Assembly (NCBI GenBank): GCA_030753015.1 | Contig: JASMDC010000023.1 | Location: 1 to 62,390 of the forward strand | Origin: Candidatus Undinarchaeales archaeon | GTDB lineage: Archaea; SpSt-1190; JASMDC01 | Direction: 5' to 3' | DNA length: 62,390 nt | In this document: positions 1-9,469 of the stretch, piece by piece | Numbering within the stretch: position 1 is the stretch's first letter | How the letters are laid out: every line of letters begins with the position of its first letter | Position numbers and translations under genes: made by a program | Notes under the pieces: model-generated | Databases searched by the model: none | Seen by the model: only the letters and a program-made list of their open reading frames with translations | Told to the model about the DNA's origin: nothing

Positions 1-55
1 AACAGATAGACAGAGGACCAAACCCCCGGCAACGGCTCCGGAGGCACAGGCCCCA

Positions 56-82
56 AAGGCCTATTTATAAAGGGTAGGCCTT
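56..82. repeat. Inverted repeat AAGGCCTA-N11-TAGGCCTT (hairpin or protein-binding site)
   Basis: Perfect 8-bp arms at 56-63 and 75-82, extendable by G-U pairs, enclosing TTTATAAAGGG. Confidence 0.5.
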
Positions 83-95
83 CCTTTGAGAAATG

Positions 96-129
96 TTTAT
101 ATATTAGTAACTACTATATAGTAGTAACT
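96..129 (+). promoter_or_regulatory. TATA box (TTTATATA, 96-103) followed by palindromic operator-like site ACTACTATATAGTAGT (110-125)
   Basis: Perfect 16-bp palindrome between the TATA box and the ATG at 141; extends to 106-129 with one mismatched pair. Confidence 0.6.
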
Positions 130-140
130 GGTGTTATATC

Positions 141-833
141 ATGGCCTATGAGTTCACGAACCTCACCGATGCCTATCAAGCCCTGGGAGTCAAGTCCGGG
201 GCAGGTGAGAAGGATGTGAAGGACGCCTATCGCTCCCTGGCCATGCAGCATCATCCCGACAGGGGCGGCGATGCCAACATATTCGACGTGATCACCAAGG
301 CCCGTGATTACATCAATGACAACGGCTACGGAGCCGGCCCTGGTGTGGAAAAGCTCATCGAGGGCGAAAAGGGCGGCAATATCGTCCCCTATCAGGCTCC
401 CACGCCATCCTACGGTGCACGCGGCGCTCATATCGACGAGCTGGAGCGGGGGCTCGCTGAACAGCGGTACGATGCTGCCGGAACCAATCCTTACGCGGAT
501 AATCCTCAGGAGACCGCTGAGCGGAGTGCGAAGCTCGGCAAGTACTGGGAGGGTGCCAAGGAGTTCGGAAAGGGTGCACTCGACCTTGGTGGTCGCGCCG
601 TCAAGGGCGCCGGGAACGCCATCGAGAGCGGCATCGGCTACGTCGGTGCCACTTACAAGAAGGACTCCGCTTCACGCGCTCATGATCTCTATGAGACCTC
701 AAAGACACTCGGAGAGGCCCGGGACGTCTACTACCAGGGCATCCTCAAGAACAAAGCGCAGATGCAGAGCACCATAAACCAGATCGAGGAGATCACACCT
801 AGTACGATGGAGCTCATGTTCGACTGGCTCTAG
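141..833 (+). CDS. J-domain (DnaJ N-terminal domain) protein with unknown C-terminal region
   Basis: N-terminal AYQALGV...DVKDAYRSLAMQHHPDRGGD with the HPD motif; no Cys-rich zinc finger or canonical DnaJ C-domain. Confidence 0.8.
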   Translation: MAYEFTNLTDAYQALGVKSGAGEKDVKDAYRSLAMQHHPDRGGDANIFDVITKARDYINDNGYGAGPGVEKLIEGEKGGNIVPYQAPTPSYGARGAHIDELERGLAEQRYDAAGTNPYADNPQETAERSAKLGKYWEGAKEFGKGALDLGGRAVKGAGNAIESGIGYVGATYKKDSASRAHDLYETSKTLGEARDVYYQGILKNKAQMQSTINQIEEITPSTMELMFDWL

Positions 834-840
834 GCTCTGG

Positions 841-1134
841 TCAGAACCACTGATTCAAGCCGGTCTGTCCTTTCTTCGGCGGCTCATCATCAGCAGATAC
901 AGGTTCAGGTATTGAAAGAGCATCAGGATCGCCCAGCGGAAGGGTCTCCTGTACTTGGTTCGCTGACTCCACATGCAGGCCCTTCACTATGTCGAAGAAG
1001 GTCTTCCGCTTCCCGTCCCGGTAGGACACGAAGTTGGCACAGATACCGACGCTCCTCGAGAGGGGTACAGGGTCCGAGGCAAGGAAGGTACAAGCGCCGT
1101 TGCGGGCGTGAAGGCATTCAGGACAAGTGGGCAT
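841..1134 (-). CDS. Small Cys-rich protein with C-terminal PIP-box-like motif
   Basis: CPEC...C...C at the N-terminus; ends QTGLNQWF (QxxLxxWF); starts 5 nt after the upstream stop on the same strand. Confidence 0.65.
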   Translation of the reverse strand: MPTCPECLHARNGACTFLASDPVPLSRSVGICANFVSYRDGKRKTFFDIVKGLHVESANQVQETLPLGDPDALSIPEPVSADDEPPKKGQTGLNQWF

Positions 1135-1139
1135 CCGGC

Positions 1140-2210
1140 TCAGGACCTCCTTACAAAGGAGTGGTCGCCGAGCACGAACTCAACGGTGTGCGAGGACAGG
1201 TTCCCTACTCCAACAGAGGCCGCACGCCCAAGGATCGAGTTGACGAGCTTGATCGGGTAGTCGATCTTGCACTCGTCCATCATGATGCTCTCCTCAATGG
1301 ACGTGTTCTTCACGGTGACGTTGTTTCCGATGGATACGTAAGGGCCGATGATACAGTCCGGGCCGATGGTGCAGCCCTCGCCGATGGTCACGGGCCCGCG
1401 GATGATGACATCCTTGCCGATGGTCGAGCCTTTTCCGATGGCCACTACACCACGGACCACCGCTTCCTCGCTCACGGTACCACGAATGTCAGTGGTGAGC
1501 TCGTTGAGGATGAACCGGTTGCCCTCAAGAAGGTCTTCGGGCTGCCCCGTGTCCTTCCAGCTACCCTTCAGCTTGACGGCGTTGACAGGCCTCTTCCGTT
1601 TGAGGAAGGTCTCGATCGTGTCCGTCAGCTCGTACTCTCCTCTTGCTGAGGGTTTGAGCTTACCTATGATGTCCCACACCTCGGGGCCTGAGAAGAAGTA
1701 GATGCCCGCTATAGCAAGGTTGGTCTTCGGCTCCTTGGGCTTCTCGACCACGCGAAGGATAGTGCCATCGTCCACCTCGGCGACACCGAACTTCTCGGGA
1801 TCGTTGACGGGGAACAGGGCGACTGAGCATGGTGCACCGCTGGCCTCATGCTGGCCGACCATGTCCTTGATGGGCATGTTGAAGATTATATCCCCCAGGA
1901 GCACGATGAAGGAGTCGTCGCCCACCCATTCCTTGGCGATGCTTACCGCGTGAGCGAGCCCCTTGCGTTCCAGCTGGTCGCGGTAGGTGATCTTTACACC
2001 GAAACCCGAACCGTCTCCCAGAAACTCCATCAGGGGCGCCTTCATGTACCCGACGATAAGGCACAGTTCGCTAATACCCGCATCCCGGAGCTTCTCTACT
2101 ATGTACTGGATGACCGGCTTGTTAGCGAGCGGGAGCAGTTGTTTAGGTCCCGTATGGGTAATGGGTCTCATGCGTGTGCCGAACCCGGCGGCGAGGATGA
2201 CGGCCTTCAT
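1140..2210 (-). CDS. rfbA: Glucose-1-phosphate thymidylyltransferase, long form (sugar-phosphate nucleotidyltransferase with C-terminal LbH)
   Basis: KAVILAAGFGTRMRPITHTGPKQLLP, VEKP, SARGEYELTD, WKDTG, C-terminal hexapeptide repeats. Confidence 0.85.
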   Translation of the reverse strand: MKAVILAAGFGTRMRPITHTGPKQLLPLANKPVIQYIVEKLRDAGISELCLIVGYMKAPLMEFLGDGSGFGVKITYRDQLERKGLAHAVSIAKEWVGDDSFIVLLGDIIFNMPIKDMVGQHEASGAPCSVALFPVNDPEKFGVAEVDDGTILRVVEKPKEPKTNLAIAGIYFFSGPEVWDIIGKLKPSARGEYELTDTIETFLKRKRPVNAVKLKGSWKDTGQPEDLLEGNRFILNELTTDIRGTVSEEAVVRGVVAIGKGSTIGKDVIIRGPVTIGEGCTIGPDCIIGPYVSIGNNVTVKNTSIEESIMMDECKIDYPIKLVNSILGRAASVGVGNLSSHTVEFVLGDHSFVRRS

Positions 2211-2276
2211 CACATCGCTCTAGGACAGCCGGTTTTTTATTGTTTGTCCGTGTGCGTGGGCCGCGAGGTCGTACGC

Positions 2277-3713
2277 GTGAACTATCCGAGTCGCCAAGGG
2301 AAGTACGCCGTGGCGGCAGCGCTCCTCGTGGCCCTCGTTTTCAGGCTGAGCATAAATGCGGCGCTGTTATCCGCCAATCCCCTGCCCGTGGGTAATGATG
2401 GCTCCTGGCACCTGGCCCGTCCGGCCAACATCGGTATCGAGGGTCGCGTCCCCGACGGGAGCGTACCGGATCCCGTGGAGAAGCGGTTCTACGAATATCC
2501 CGTCCCTTATCATCTCCTTATCCTCGTGCTCAACTGGTCCACATCGCTCGGGCGGCTCACGCTCTTCCGTCTCCTCCACTTCGTCCAGCCCCTTGTCCAC
2601 GTGCTCCTCGTGTACGCCCTCCTGCGGCCATCCCTGGGCAGACGGTACGCATCCCTGGGCGCGATCATGGCAGCGGGCACCGTGTCCACGGGCCATTACC
2701 ACGGTCTCCTCTTCGCCTATCCTTCGACGCTCGGTCTCCTCCTTCTCCTGGCATCGATGCTGCTCCTGCGTCACGGGAGGACCGGGATGGCTGTCGTCGT
2801 CCTCCTGGCCGGATTCCAGACCCATTACGCTGTGGCCACCATGGGGCCGATCATCTACCTTCTCCTTGCTATCGAGCCCATGGACCGACGCCCCGCCCTG
2901 ACCGTGCTCACCGTGGCCCTAGCGGCCTTTGTGGTACTGTGGTTAATCCCCACCTTCGCCACCACGGGCCACCTGCCCAAGGCCCAGACGGTGCGCAATG
3001 CCGCCGATATGGTCCCCGGGGCCCGTTCACTGCTCGAGCGATGGTTCCCCACACCGCCGGCAGAGGACCGTCCGGTCGAGCGGTACATCCAAGTGGAATC
3101 GGTGGCCTATCCCAAGCTGAAGAACCTCCTCCTCCTCAATCCCGTGCTCATCCTGCTCGCCCTCGCCGGTCTATCCTGGCGCGATCATCTCCGCCTGATA
3201 TGGCTTCCCGGCGCTCTCCTGTTCCTCGCAGGATTCCCCGGTTCCTACCGACTCATGCTCTTCGCAGCCCAGCTCCTGCCACTGGCCGCCGCCCCCGCCC
3301 TCGCTCAGCTGATCCGTGAGGTGAGGAACGGGTATCCCCAGGCATTACTCCTCGCACTTGTCCTCATCCCGGGCCCGCTGGTCGAGACCCATCTGGCCAT
3401 GGAGTGGAAGCAGGTGTACACACCCGTCGAGTACACCGACGCCCTGCAGGTCCACGACCAGCTCCGTGCGGGAGATGTGGCCGCGTGCGATCCTGTTGTA
3501 TACTCGGTGCTCGCTATGACGGGTGAGAATCCCGGGTACCGGATAGAGCGTCATGACTGCGATCCCCCCTCGACGTACCTCGTGCTCCACGAGCGATGCG
3601 AGTGTACCGACTGCCGGCGTGCCCAGGCGCCGTGCACGCAGGTACTGCCCGAACGTAAGGAAGTGCTGCGGGTCGGATCGTATACCGTGTACGGAAGTCG
3701 GACCGCCGGGTGA
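2277..3713 (+). CDS. Polytopic membrane protein, GT-C-like glycosyltransferase candidate
   Basis: Many hydrophobic segments; first loop GNDGSWH and YPVPYH motif; start moved to GTG 2277 (GAGGT upstream) because the longer ORF overlaps rfbA; lies in a glycosylation cluster. Confidence 0.55.
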   Translation: MNYPSRQGKYAVAAALLVALVFRLSINAALLSANPLPVGNDGSWHLARPANIGIEGRVPDGSVPDPVEKRFYEYPVPYHLLILVLNWSTSLGRLTLFRLLHFVQPLVHVLLVYALLRPSLGRRYASLGAIMAAGTVSTGHYHGLLFAYPSTLGLLLLLASMLLLRHGRTGMAVVVLLAGFQTHYAVATMGPIIYLLLAIEPMDRRPALTVLTVALAAFVVLWLIPTFATTGHLPKAQTVRNAADMVPGARSLLERWFPTPPAEDRPVERYIQVESVAYPKLKNLLLLNPVLILLALAGLSWRDHLRLIWLPGALLFLAGFPGSYRLMLFAAQLLPLAAAPALAQLIREVRNGYPQALLLALVLIPGPLVETHLAMEWKQVYTPVEYTDALQVHDQLRAGDVAACDPVVYSVLAMTGENPGYRIERHDCDPPSTYLVLHERCECTDCRRAQAPCTQVLPERKEVLRVGSYTVYGSRTAG

Positions 3714-3747
3714 ACCTTCTTAAAGGTTGGAGACGCTGACCGCCCCG

Positions 3748-4743
3748 ATGGAGCTTCTCCCGCTGGCGGCCCTCTCTTTCGGTACCGCACTGGCCTCCAG
3801 CCTCGCTCTCACACCCCGTCTGGCCGCCGCCATCAAGGACCGGGGCCATACCGTCCCGGACCGGTACAAGCTCGACCTTCCTGAAACGCCCACCCTAGGC
3901 GGAGCGTGCGTGCTCACAGGCTGCTTCCTCTCCATCATCCTCTCCATCCTCCTAATAAAGAACGTTCCCACAACACAGGGTGTCACCCTCCTGGAGAAGA
4001 TGCTCATCTACTACATCATCATGTTCTTCTTCGCCATCTTCGGCATCATGGACGACATCCTGGTGCTCAGCCGTCGCATCAAGCTCGTGGTCCCCATAAT
4101 CCTGGTCATCCCATTCGTCCGGCTGGTGGACCCCATGGTCCGGTTCCCGCTCATGGGGCAGATCGACCTGCCTCCGGTGGCCCTCTACTTCTTCCTGGCC
4201 TTCTACGTCATGGTGGTCGCTAACATGACCAACTTCCACGCCTCGTACAATGGGCTCTCCACGGGGCTGTCGGCCATTCTTATGGCGGCGATGATGCTCA
4301 AGAGCTACCTCATGAACCGGCCTGACGGTGTGCTCATCCTCGCACCTCTGTTCGGCGCGACGGTAGGATTCCTCTGGTTCAACTTCCCACCATCACGCAT
4401 CTTCCCCGGGAACTCCGGGACCTTCCTCTACGGAGGATGTATCGGGTTCTTCCTCATCCTTCAGGAGCTCAAGACCTTCGGGCTCGTAGCCCTGGCCGCC
4501 CACATAATCAACTTCCTGCTGTTCCTGTTGTACATGAAGACCAAGATCATCCCCTGGGTGCGAGGCAAATACGAATATACCAACTTCGGGAAGGTCGACG
4601 AGGACGGGTTCCTGGTGCCCCCCCATCGAGGGCTCCTGAAATTCCTGGTGGCGTCCTTCCGCCCGACAACGGAGCGCACCGCCGTGCTGACGCTCTATGC
4701 GCTCACGGCCCTGTCCTGCGCGGCGGGGCTTGTGCTGACCTAG
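3748..4743 (+). CDS. Polyprenyl-phosphate N-acetylhexosamine-1-phosphate transferase (GPT/AglH/MraY superfamily)
   Basis: PETPTLGG, FGIMDD, ANMTNFHASYNGL, FNFPPSRIFPGNSGT; about 10 TM segments. Confidence 0.85.
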   Translation: MELLPLAALSFGTALASSLALTPRLAAAIKDRGHTVPDRYKLDLPETPTLGGACVLTGCFLSIILSILLIKNVPTTQGVTLLEKMLIYYIIMFFFAIFGIMDDILVLSRRIKLVVPIILVIPFVRLVDPMVRFPLMGQIDLPPVALYFFLAFYVMVVANMTNFHASYNGLSTGLSAILMAAMMLKSYLMNRPDGVLILAPLFGATVGFLWFNFPPSRIFPGNSGTFLYGGCIGFFLILQELKTFGLVALAAHIINFLLFLLYMKTKIIPWVRGKYEYTNFGKVDEDGFLVPPHRGLLKFLVASFRPTTERTAVLTLYALTALSCAAGLVLT

Positions 4744-4791
4744 CGGCCGCGGCCCCAACGAATAAATACCTTCACGTGTCCCCATCCCGCG

Positions 4792-5832
4792 ATGAGGACC
4801 CTCGTGGACATCAACCACCCTGCCCATGTCCACTTCTTCCGATGCGCTGTCAAGGAGCTCCGGGACCGGGGACATGAGGTGCTCATCACCGCCCGGAACA
4901 AGGAGTGCGAATACGCGCTCTTGGACGCCTACGGTCTCGAGTACACTGACCTGGGAACCCACTACAAGGGACTTGCGGGCAAAGCCGTGGGCATGCTGGC
5001 CATCGACGCACGGCTCGCCAAGGTTGCGCGTCGCTTCCGCCCCCACGTGCTCACGGGCATCCACAACACATACGCGGCCCACGTGTCCCGCCTTACTCGG
5101 GCCAGGTCGGTCGTTTTCACCGATACAGAGCACGCACGGCTCGCCAACACCATCACCTTCCCCTTCGCGCACCGCATCGTCACCCCTGCATGCTTCCGCC
5201 TCGACCTCGGCCCCAAACACAGGCGATATCGTGGCTACCACGAGCTGGCCTACCTGCGGCCGGAACGGTTCACACCCGACCCGGTCATGATAGAGCGGAC
5301 TGGCGTTGATCCTGACGAGCCCTTCGTCGTGGTCCGGCTCGTGTCCTGGGGGGCCAGCCACGATGTGGGACATCGTGGGCTCGGACAACGCGAGAGCCTA
5401 CGCCTCGTCCGTGCCCTCGAGAAAGAGGCGCGAGTCGTGGTCACTACCGAGGAGGCCGCAGGGAGGGAGCTTGCGCGTAACGTGGTCAGTATCCCCCCGC
5501 ACGAGATGCACCACCTCCTGGCGTTCGCCTCACTCTACATCGGAGAGGGGGCGACCATGGCCTCAGAGGCCGCCGTTCTCGGGACGCCTGCGCTCTACGT
5601 GAATCCACTGGACCTGGGCTACATGGCCGAGCAGGAGGAGCGGTACGGGCTCGTCCACCGCTTCCTGGAAAAGGGGACAACGGCGGACGACCTCCTCGAG
5701 GCAGCACTCCCGCTCCTGACCGAACCGGACGCACAAAAGCGTACGGCAGCTGCACGCGAACGCCTCCTTGAGGAGACCGAGGATGTCACTGAGGTCATCT
5801 GCGAGCATCTGCTCGACACTGCTGACATGTGA
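4792..5832 (+). CDS. DUF354 family GT-B-fold glycosyltransferase-like protein
   Basis: DINHPAHVHFF, FTDTEHA, YRGYHELAYL, SWGASHD, GATMASEAAVLGTP. Confidence 0.85.
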   Translation: MRTLVDINHPAHVHFFRCAVKELRDRGHEVLITARNKECEYALLDAYGLEYTDLGTHYKGLAGKAVGMLAIDARLAKVARRFRPHVLTGIHNTYAAHVSRLTRARSVVFTDTEHARLANTITFPFAHRIVTPACFRLDLGPKHRRYRGYHELAYLRPERFTPDPVMIERTGVDPDEPFVVVRLVSWGASHDVGHRGLGQRESLRLVRALEKEARVVVTTEEAAGRELARNVVSIPPHEMHHLLAFASLYIGEGATMASEAAVLGTPALYVNPLDLGYMAEQEERYGLVHRFLEKGTTADDLLEAALPLLTEPDAQKRTAAARERLLEETEDVTEVICEHLLDTADM

Positions 5833-5899
5833 GGGTGCCGTCGTCCCAAACGAGCACATTAAAGCTTTTTGGGAGGAAGCGTGAGCAGGCTGATCCACC

Positions 5900-7615
5900 A
5901 TGCACATCCTTGGTATCCATGACGGGCATAATGCCTCCGCCTGCCTCATCACCGATGGTGAGACCATCATCGCGCTCCAGGAGGAACGTTTTACCAACAC
6001 GAAGAACATCTCAGGCTTCCCTGCCAAGGCCGTCACCGAGATACTCAAACGGTCCGGGCTGTCGCCCGACGACATCGACCTTGTGGCCGTGGCAAGTACC
6101 CACACTCCCACTCCCTTCACGCGGGATAACATCCTCCAAGGATACAGGCGCGACACCAATCTCACGGCCAGGCTGAAAGAGCTCGTGAAGAAGACCCCCG
6201 TCTACACCATGTACAAGGCCAAGCGTCGCAAGGAACGTGAAAAGACGCTGATGGACGCAGGGTTCGATCTCTTACGGGTCAAATACGTCGACCACCACCT
6301 CTGCCACGCTGCCTGCGCATACTACGGTGCACCCTGGCGTGACGAGCGGGTGCTCGTGCTCACCAACGACGGCTCCGGCGACGGATTATGCGCCACGGTG
6401 TCCGTTGCTGAGGGCGGTGTCATCAAGCGTATCGCGGAGACGGAGAAAGGCCACTCGATCGGTAACATCTACTCGCGGACGACCTTCATGATGGGGCTCG
6501 TACCACTGGAGCATGAGTTCAAGATCATGGGGATGGCTCCCTACGCCTCCCCCGCCGGCGCCGAGAAAGGGTACGAGGCCTATGCTGATCTCATCGATGT
6601 CAATCCGGACGATCCCCTCACCATCAAGAGGGCCATCCCTGAGCCCACGCACCTCATCTACCAGCGCCTGCGGGAGCGCACGGAGTTCTTACGGTTCGAT
6701 TGGATCTCCGCCGGGCTCCAGCGGATCACCGAGGAGGTCATCAGCCGATGGGTCGAGGCCGCTGTGAAAAAGACCGGTATCTCCACCGTTGTGATGGCCG
6801 GTGGCGTGTTCATGAACGTGGCGGCCAATAAGCGCGTCCTCGAACTTCCGTGCGTGGATAAGCTCTTCGTGTTCCCCTCGTGCGGCGATGACACTACCGC
6901 GATCGGCGCCGCCTATCAGGTGTACGCCGACGTTTGCCGTGATGAGGGCCGCGAGATCGACATCCCGCCCATTGAGGGATTCTATCTGGGCGACGATTTC
7001 ACGGACGCGGACGTATCGATCACTGTGGACGCTGCACGAGAGCGGTTCACCTTCGACGCAGAACGTGTGAAGGACATCGACGGCGAGACCGGCGCGCTCA
7101 TGGCCGCTGGCGAGGTAGTGGCACGATGTCAGGGCAGGATGGAGTTCGGGGCCCGGGCGCTCGGGAACCGCTCGATCCTGGGCGATGCCTCGGACGCCAA
7201 CTGCGTGCGGACCATCAACATGATGATAAAGAAGCGGGACTTCTGGATGCCCTTCGCCCCCGTGATGCTCGACAGACGAGCGTCCGACTATATCATCAAT
7301 CCCAAGGAGATGCCGGCGCCATACATGATCATGCTCTTCGACACGACCAAGAACCATGAGGACCTCATCGCCGCCGTCCACCAAGCGGACCTCACGGCCA
7401 GGCCCCAGGTCATCCGCAAGGACTGGAACGGCGGGTACTACCGCGTCCTCGAGAGCTTCGAGAAGGAGACCGGTCGCGGGGTCGCCCTCAATACGTCCTT
7501 CAACCTTCACGGCTACCCAATCGTCCACGGTCCCGAGGAGGCGCTGTGGGTGTTCGAGAACTCCGGGCTCACGCATCTCGCCTTGGGGGATATGCTCCTC
7601 TCAAAGAAGGCGTAA
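5900..7615 (+). CDS. Carbamoyltransferase (NodU/CmcH family)
   Basis: ILGIHDGHNASAC, EERF, HHLCHA, DGSGD, MAGGVFMNV, GRMEFGARALGNRSIL, RDFWMPFAP, NTSFNLHG. Confidence 0.93.
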   Translation: MHILGIHDGHNASACLITDGETIIALQEERFTNTKNISGFPAKAVTEILKRSGLSPDDIDLVAVASTHTPTPFTRDNILQGYRRDTNLTARLKELVKKTPVYTMYKAKRRKEREKTLMDAGFDLLRVKYVDHHLCHAACAYYGAPWRDERVLVLTNDGSGDGLCATVSVAEGGVIKRIAETEKGHSIGNIYSRTTFMMGLVPLEHEFKIMGMAPYASPAGAEKGYEAYADLIDVNPDDPLTIKRAIPEPTHLIYQRLRERTEFLRFDWISAGLQRITEEVISRWVEAAVKKTGISTVVMAGGVFMNVAANKRVLELPCVDKLFVFPSCGDDTTAIGAAYQVYADVCRDEGREIDIPPIEGFYLGDDFTDADVSITVDAARERFTFDAERVKDIDGETGALMAAGEVVARCQGRMEFGARALGNRSILGDASDANCVRTINMMIKKRDFWMPFAPVMLDRRASDYIINPKEMPAPYMIMLFDTTKNHEDLIAAVHQADLTARPQVIRKDWNGGYYRVLESFEKETGRGVALNTSFNLHGYPIVHGPEEALWVFENSGLTHLALGDMLLSKKA

Positions 7616-7637
7616 GACCTCTCCCAGGGGAAGTCGC

Positions 7638-9353
7638 TCAGTTACCGCTGCGCCTGGAGCACCATAGAGGCTGCTCCTCCAGGCCCCATGCTCGGGTGGC
7701 GTACTCCTTCACCATGCGATGCGTGTTGAAGTAAGAGCCCAGGCCGATAGCATGCTTCATGCGTGAGATCCAGCCAGCGCGGTTGTCGTAGTAGAGCGGG
7801 AGTATCTCGCGCTCCAGCCGCTTGTAGATGTTCGCGGCCTCCACATCGTCGTTGTTCTCCTCGCATCCCTTCTCACCGGGCCGGGGCCCGAGCGGCCAGC
7901 CCGACATGGGGTCCATCTCGTACCCCTCGATCCACCATCCGTCCAGCACCGATAGATTGGGCACTCCGTTGAGGGTCGCCTTCATACCGCTTGTACCCGA
8001 CGCCTCGAGGTAACGGAGAGGATTGTTGAGCCAGATATCGACACCGCTGACCATGAGGTGCGAGAGGTCCATGTCGTAGTTCTCCAAAAAGACGACCCTC
8101 ACGCGGTACTGGTCCCAGATGTGGTCTGATACCTCGTTGATGCGTCGGATGAAGTTTTTGCCCTCGTGGTCACGGGGATGGGTTTTGCCCGCGAACACGA
8201 ACTGGACCTTGCCCTTGCAGAGCTTGCCCAGGCGATGGAAGTCACGGAACACCAGGGTGGGTCGCTTGTACCCTGTTATGCGGCGAGCGAATCCGATGGT
8301 GAGCAGCTTCTTGTCCAGAAGCACCCAGGAGTGTGACTTTGCGTAATCGTGGAGCGCGCTCTTGGCCTGCTGATGCGCCTTCCACAGGGCCTTGTCGTTG
8401 ATCTCCTCCGCATGCTTCAGCAGCTCGGGCCTGTGGCGCCAACCTGGGAAGCTGCGATCGTAGAGGTCCTGCATGGGAGGGCATACCCAGAAGCTCGGGT
8501 GCACCCCATTGGTGATCGAGTCGATCTGGTGGTCAGGGAACATCCGGGCCGCCACCTCACCGTGCTTGCGCGCTACTGCGTTGGCATAGCGGCTGAGGTT
8601 GAGGGCGAGCATGGACATGTTGAGGGCGTCCTTGCCACCGAACTGGCGGAACTCCTTGTCTTCAGGTGCCAGATCACCCATGAAGGGTGCGGCCATCTCG
8701 TAGGGGAACACGTCGTGGCCTGCTCCCACGGGCGTATGGGTCGTGAACATGCAGCTCTGCTTGGTACGATCGACATCACCCTTGTTCTCCCTCAAGAGCT
8801 CGAGGGTAAGAAGCGCAGCGTGCCCCTCGTTCATGTGGAAGGTCTCGATATCGTTGTAGCCCAGCGTCCGTAGCATCTTGACGCCGCCGACACCCAGGAT
8901 CATCTCTTGGACTAACCGCTGGTGGGGGGTGGCGTCATAGAGCACATGAGTGTAGGCCCGTTGTTCGGGGGTGTTCTGCTCGACATCGGTGTCGAGCAGG
9001 AGGATGGGTACCACGTGACCGGTCTCCCCGACAACATCGTACTTCCAGGCACCCACATGGATGGTCTGGCCGCGAACGTTGAGGGTGATGACAGCAGGGG
9101 ACTTTTCCAGCTCGGAGGCGAACTCCCATCGGATCTCCTTCTCCACCTGATTGCCGGAGGGATCTATCATCTGGTAGAAGTACCCGGCGTTGTAGCACAG
9201 GGTCACGCCCACCAGGGGGATCTCCAGGTCAGCGGCCGAGCGCACGGTATCGCCGGCGAGCACACCTAGGCCTCCGGAGTAGGTTGGGATGTCCGAGTGG
9301 AGCCCAATCTCCATGCTGAAATAGGCGATACGCCTCTTACCGTTCCGCGTCAT
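7638..9353 (-). CDS. glgP: Alpha-glucan (glycogen/maltodextrin) phosphorylase
   Basis: AYFSMEIG, YSGGLGVLAGD, HMNEGH, FTTHTPV, ITNGVH, GFARRITGYKR, EASGTSGMK (PLP lysine), DGWWIEG. Confidence 0.95.
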   Translation of the reverse strand: MTRNGKRRIAYFSMEIGLHSDIPTYSGGLGVLAGDTVRSAADLEIPLVGVTLCYNAGYFYQMIDPSGNQVEKEIRWEFASELEKSPAVITLNVRGQTIHVGAWKYDVVGETGHVVPILLLDTDVEQNTPEQRAYTHVLYDATPHQRLVQEMILGVGGVKMLRTLGYNDIETFHMNEGHAALLTLELLRENKGDVDRTKQSCMFTTHTPVGAGHDVFPYEMAAPFMGDLAPEDKEFRQFGGKDALNMSMLALNLSRYANAVARKHGEVAARMFPDHQIDSITNGVHPSFWVCPPMQDLYDRSFPGWRHRPELLKHAEEINDKALWKAHQQAKSALHDYAKSHSWVLLDKKLLTIGFARRITGYKRPTLVFRDFHRLGKLCKGKVQFVFAGKTHPRDHEGKNFIRRINEVSDHIWDQYRVRVVFLENYDMDLSHLMVSGVDIWLNNPLRYLEASGTSGMKATLNGVPNLSVLDGWWIEGYEMDPMSGWPLGPRPGEKGCEENNDDVEAANIYKRLEREILPLYYDNRAGWISRMKHAIGLGSYFNTHRMVKEYATRAWGLEEQPLWCSRRSGN

Positions 9354-9469
9354 GCTCTCACTCTCCCTCGCGGCTCTCGCGATGATGGGACGTACCCGCC
9401 CTGCGGAGCGGTGATTAAGGTGTCAAGCGGTCATTTTATATTTCTAGCTGGTCCGGGCCCGCTCGCCAA

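Noticed and set aside
1-10. AACAGATAGA at the window start also occurs on the minus strand near 62286-62295
   Set aside because: Only a 10-nt match with no further similarity; compatible with chance and not evidence of terminal repeats.
1848-2276. N-terminal extension of the 621-aa ORF
   Set aside because: It overlaps rfbA on the opposite strand; hydrophobic protein-like sequence and an SD begin only at GTG 2277.
4393-7576. Long antisense and alternative-frame ORFs (e.g. 4393-5388, 6689-7576, and similar ones throughout the window)
   Set aside because: Shadow ORFs expected opposite real genes in high-GC DNA; no motifs or translation signals.
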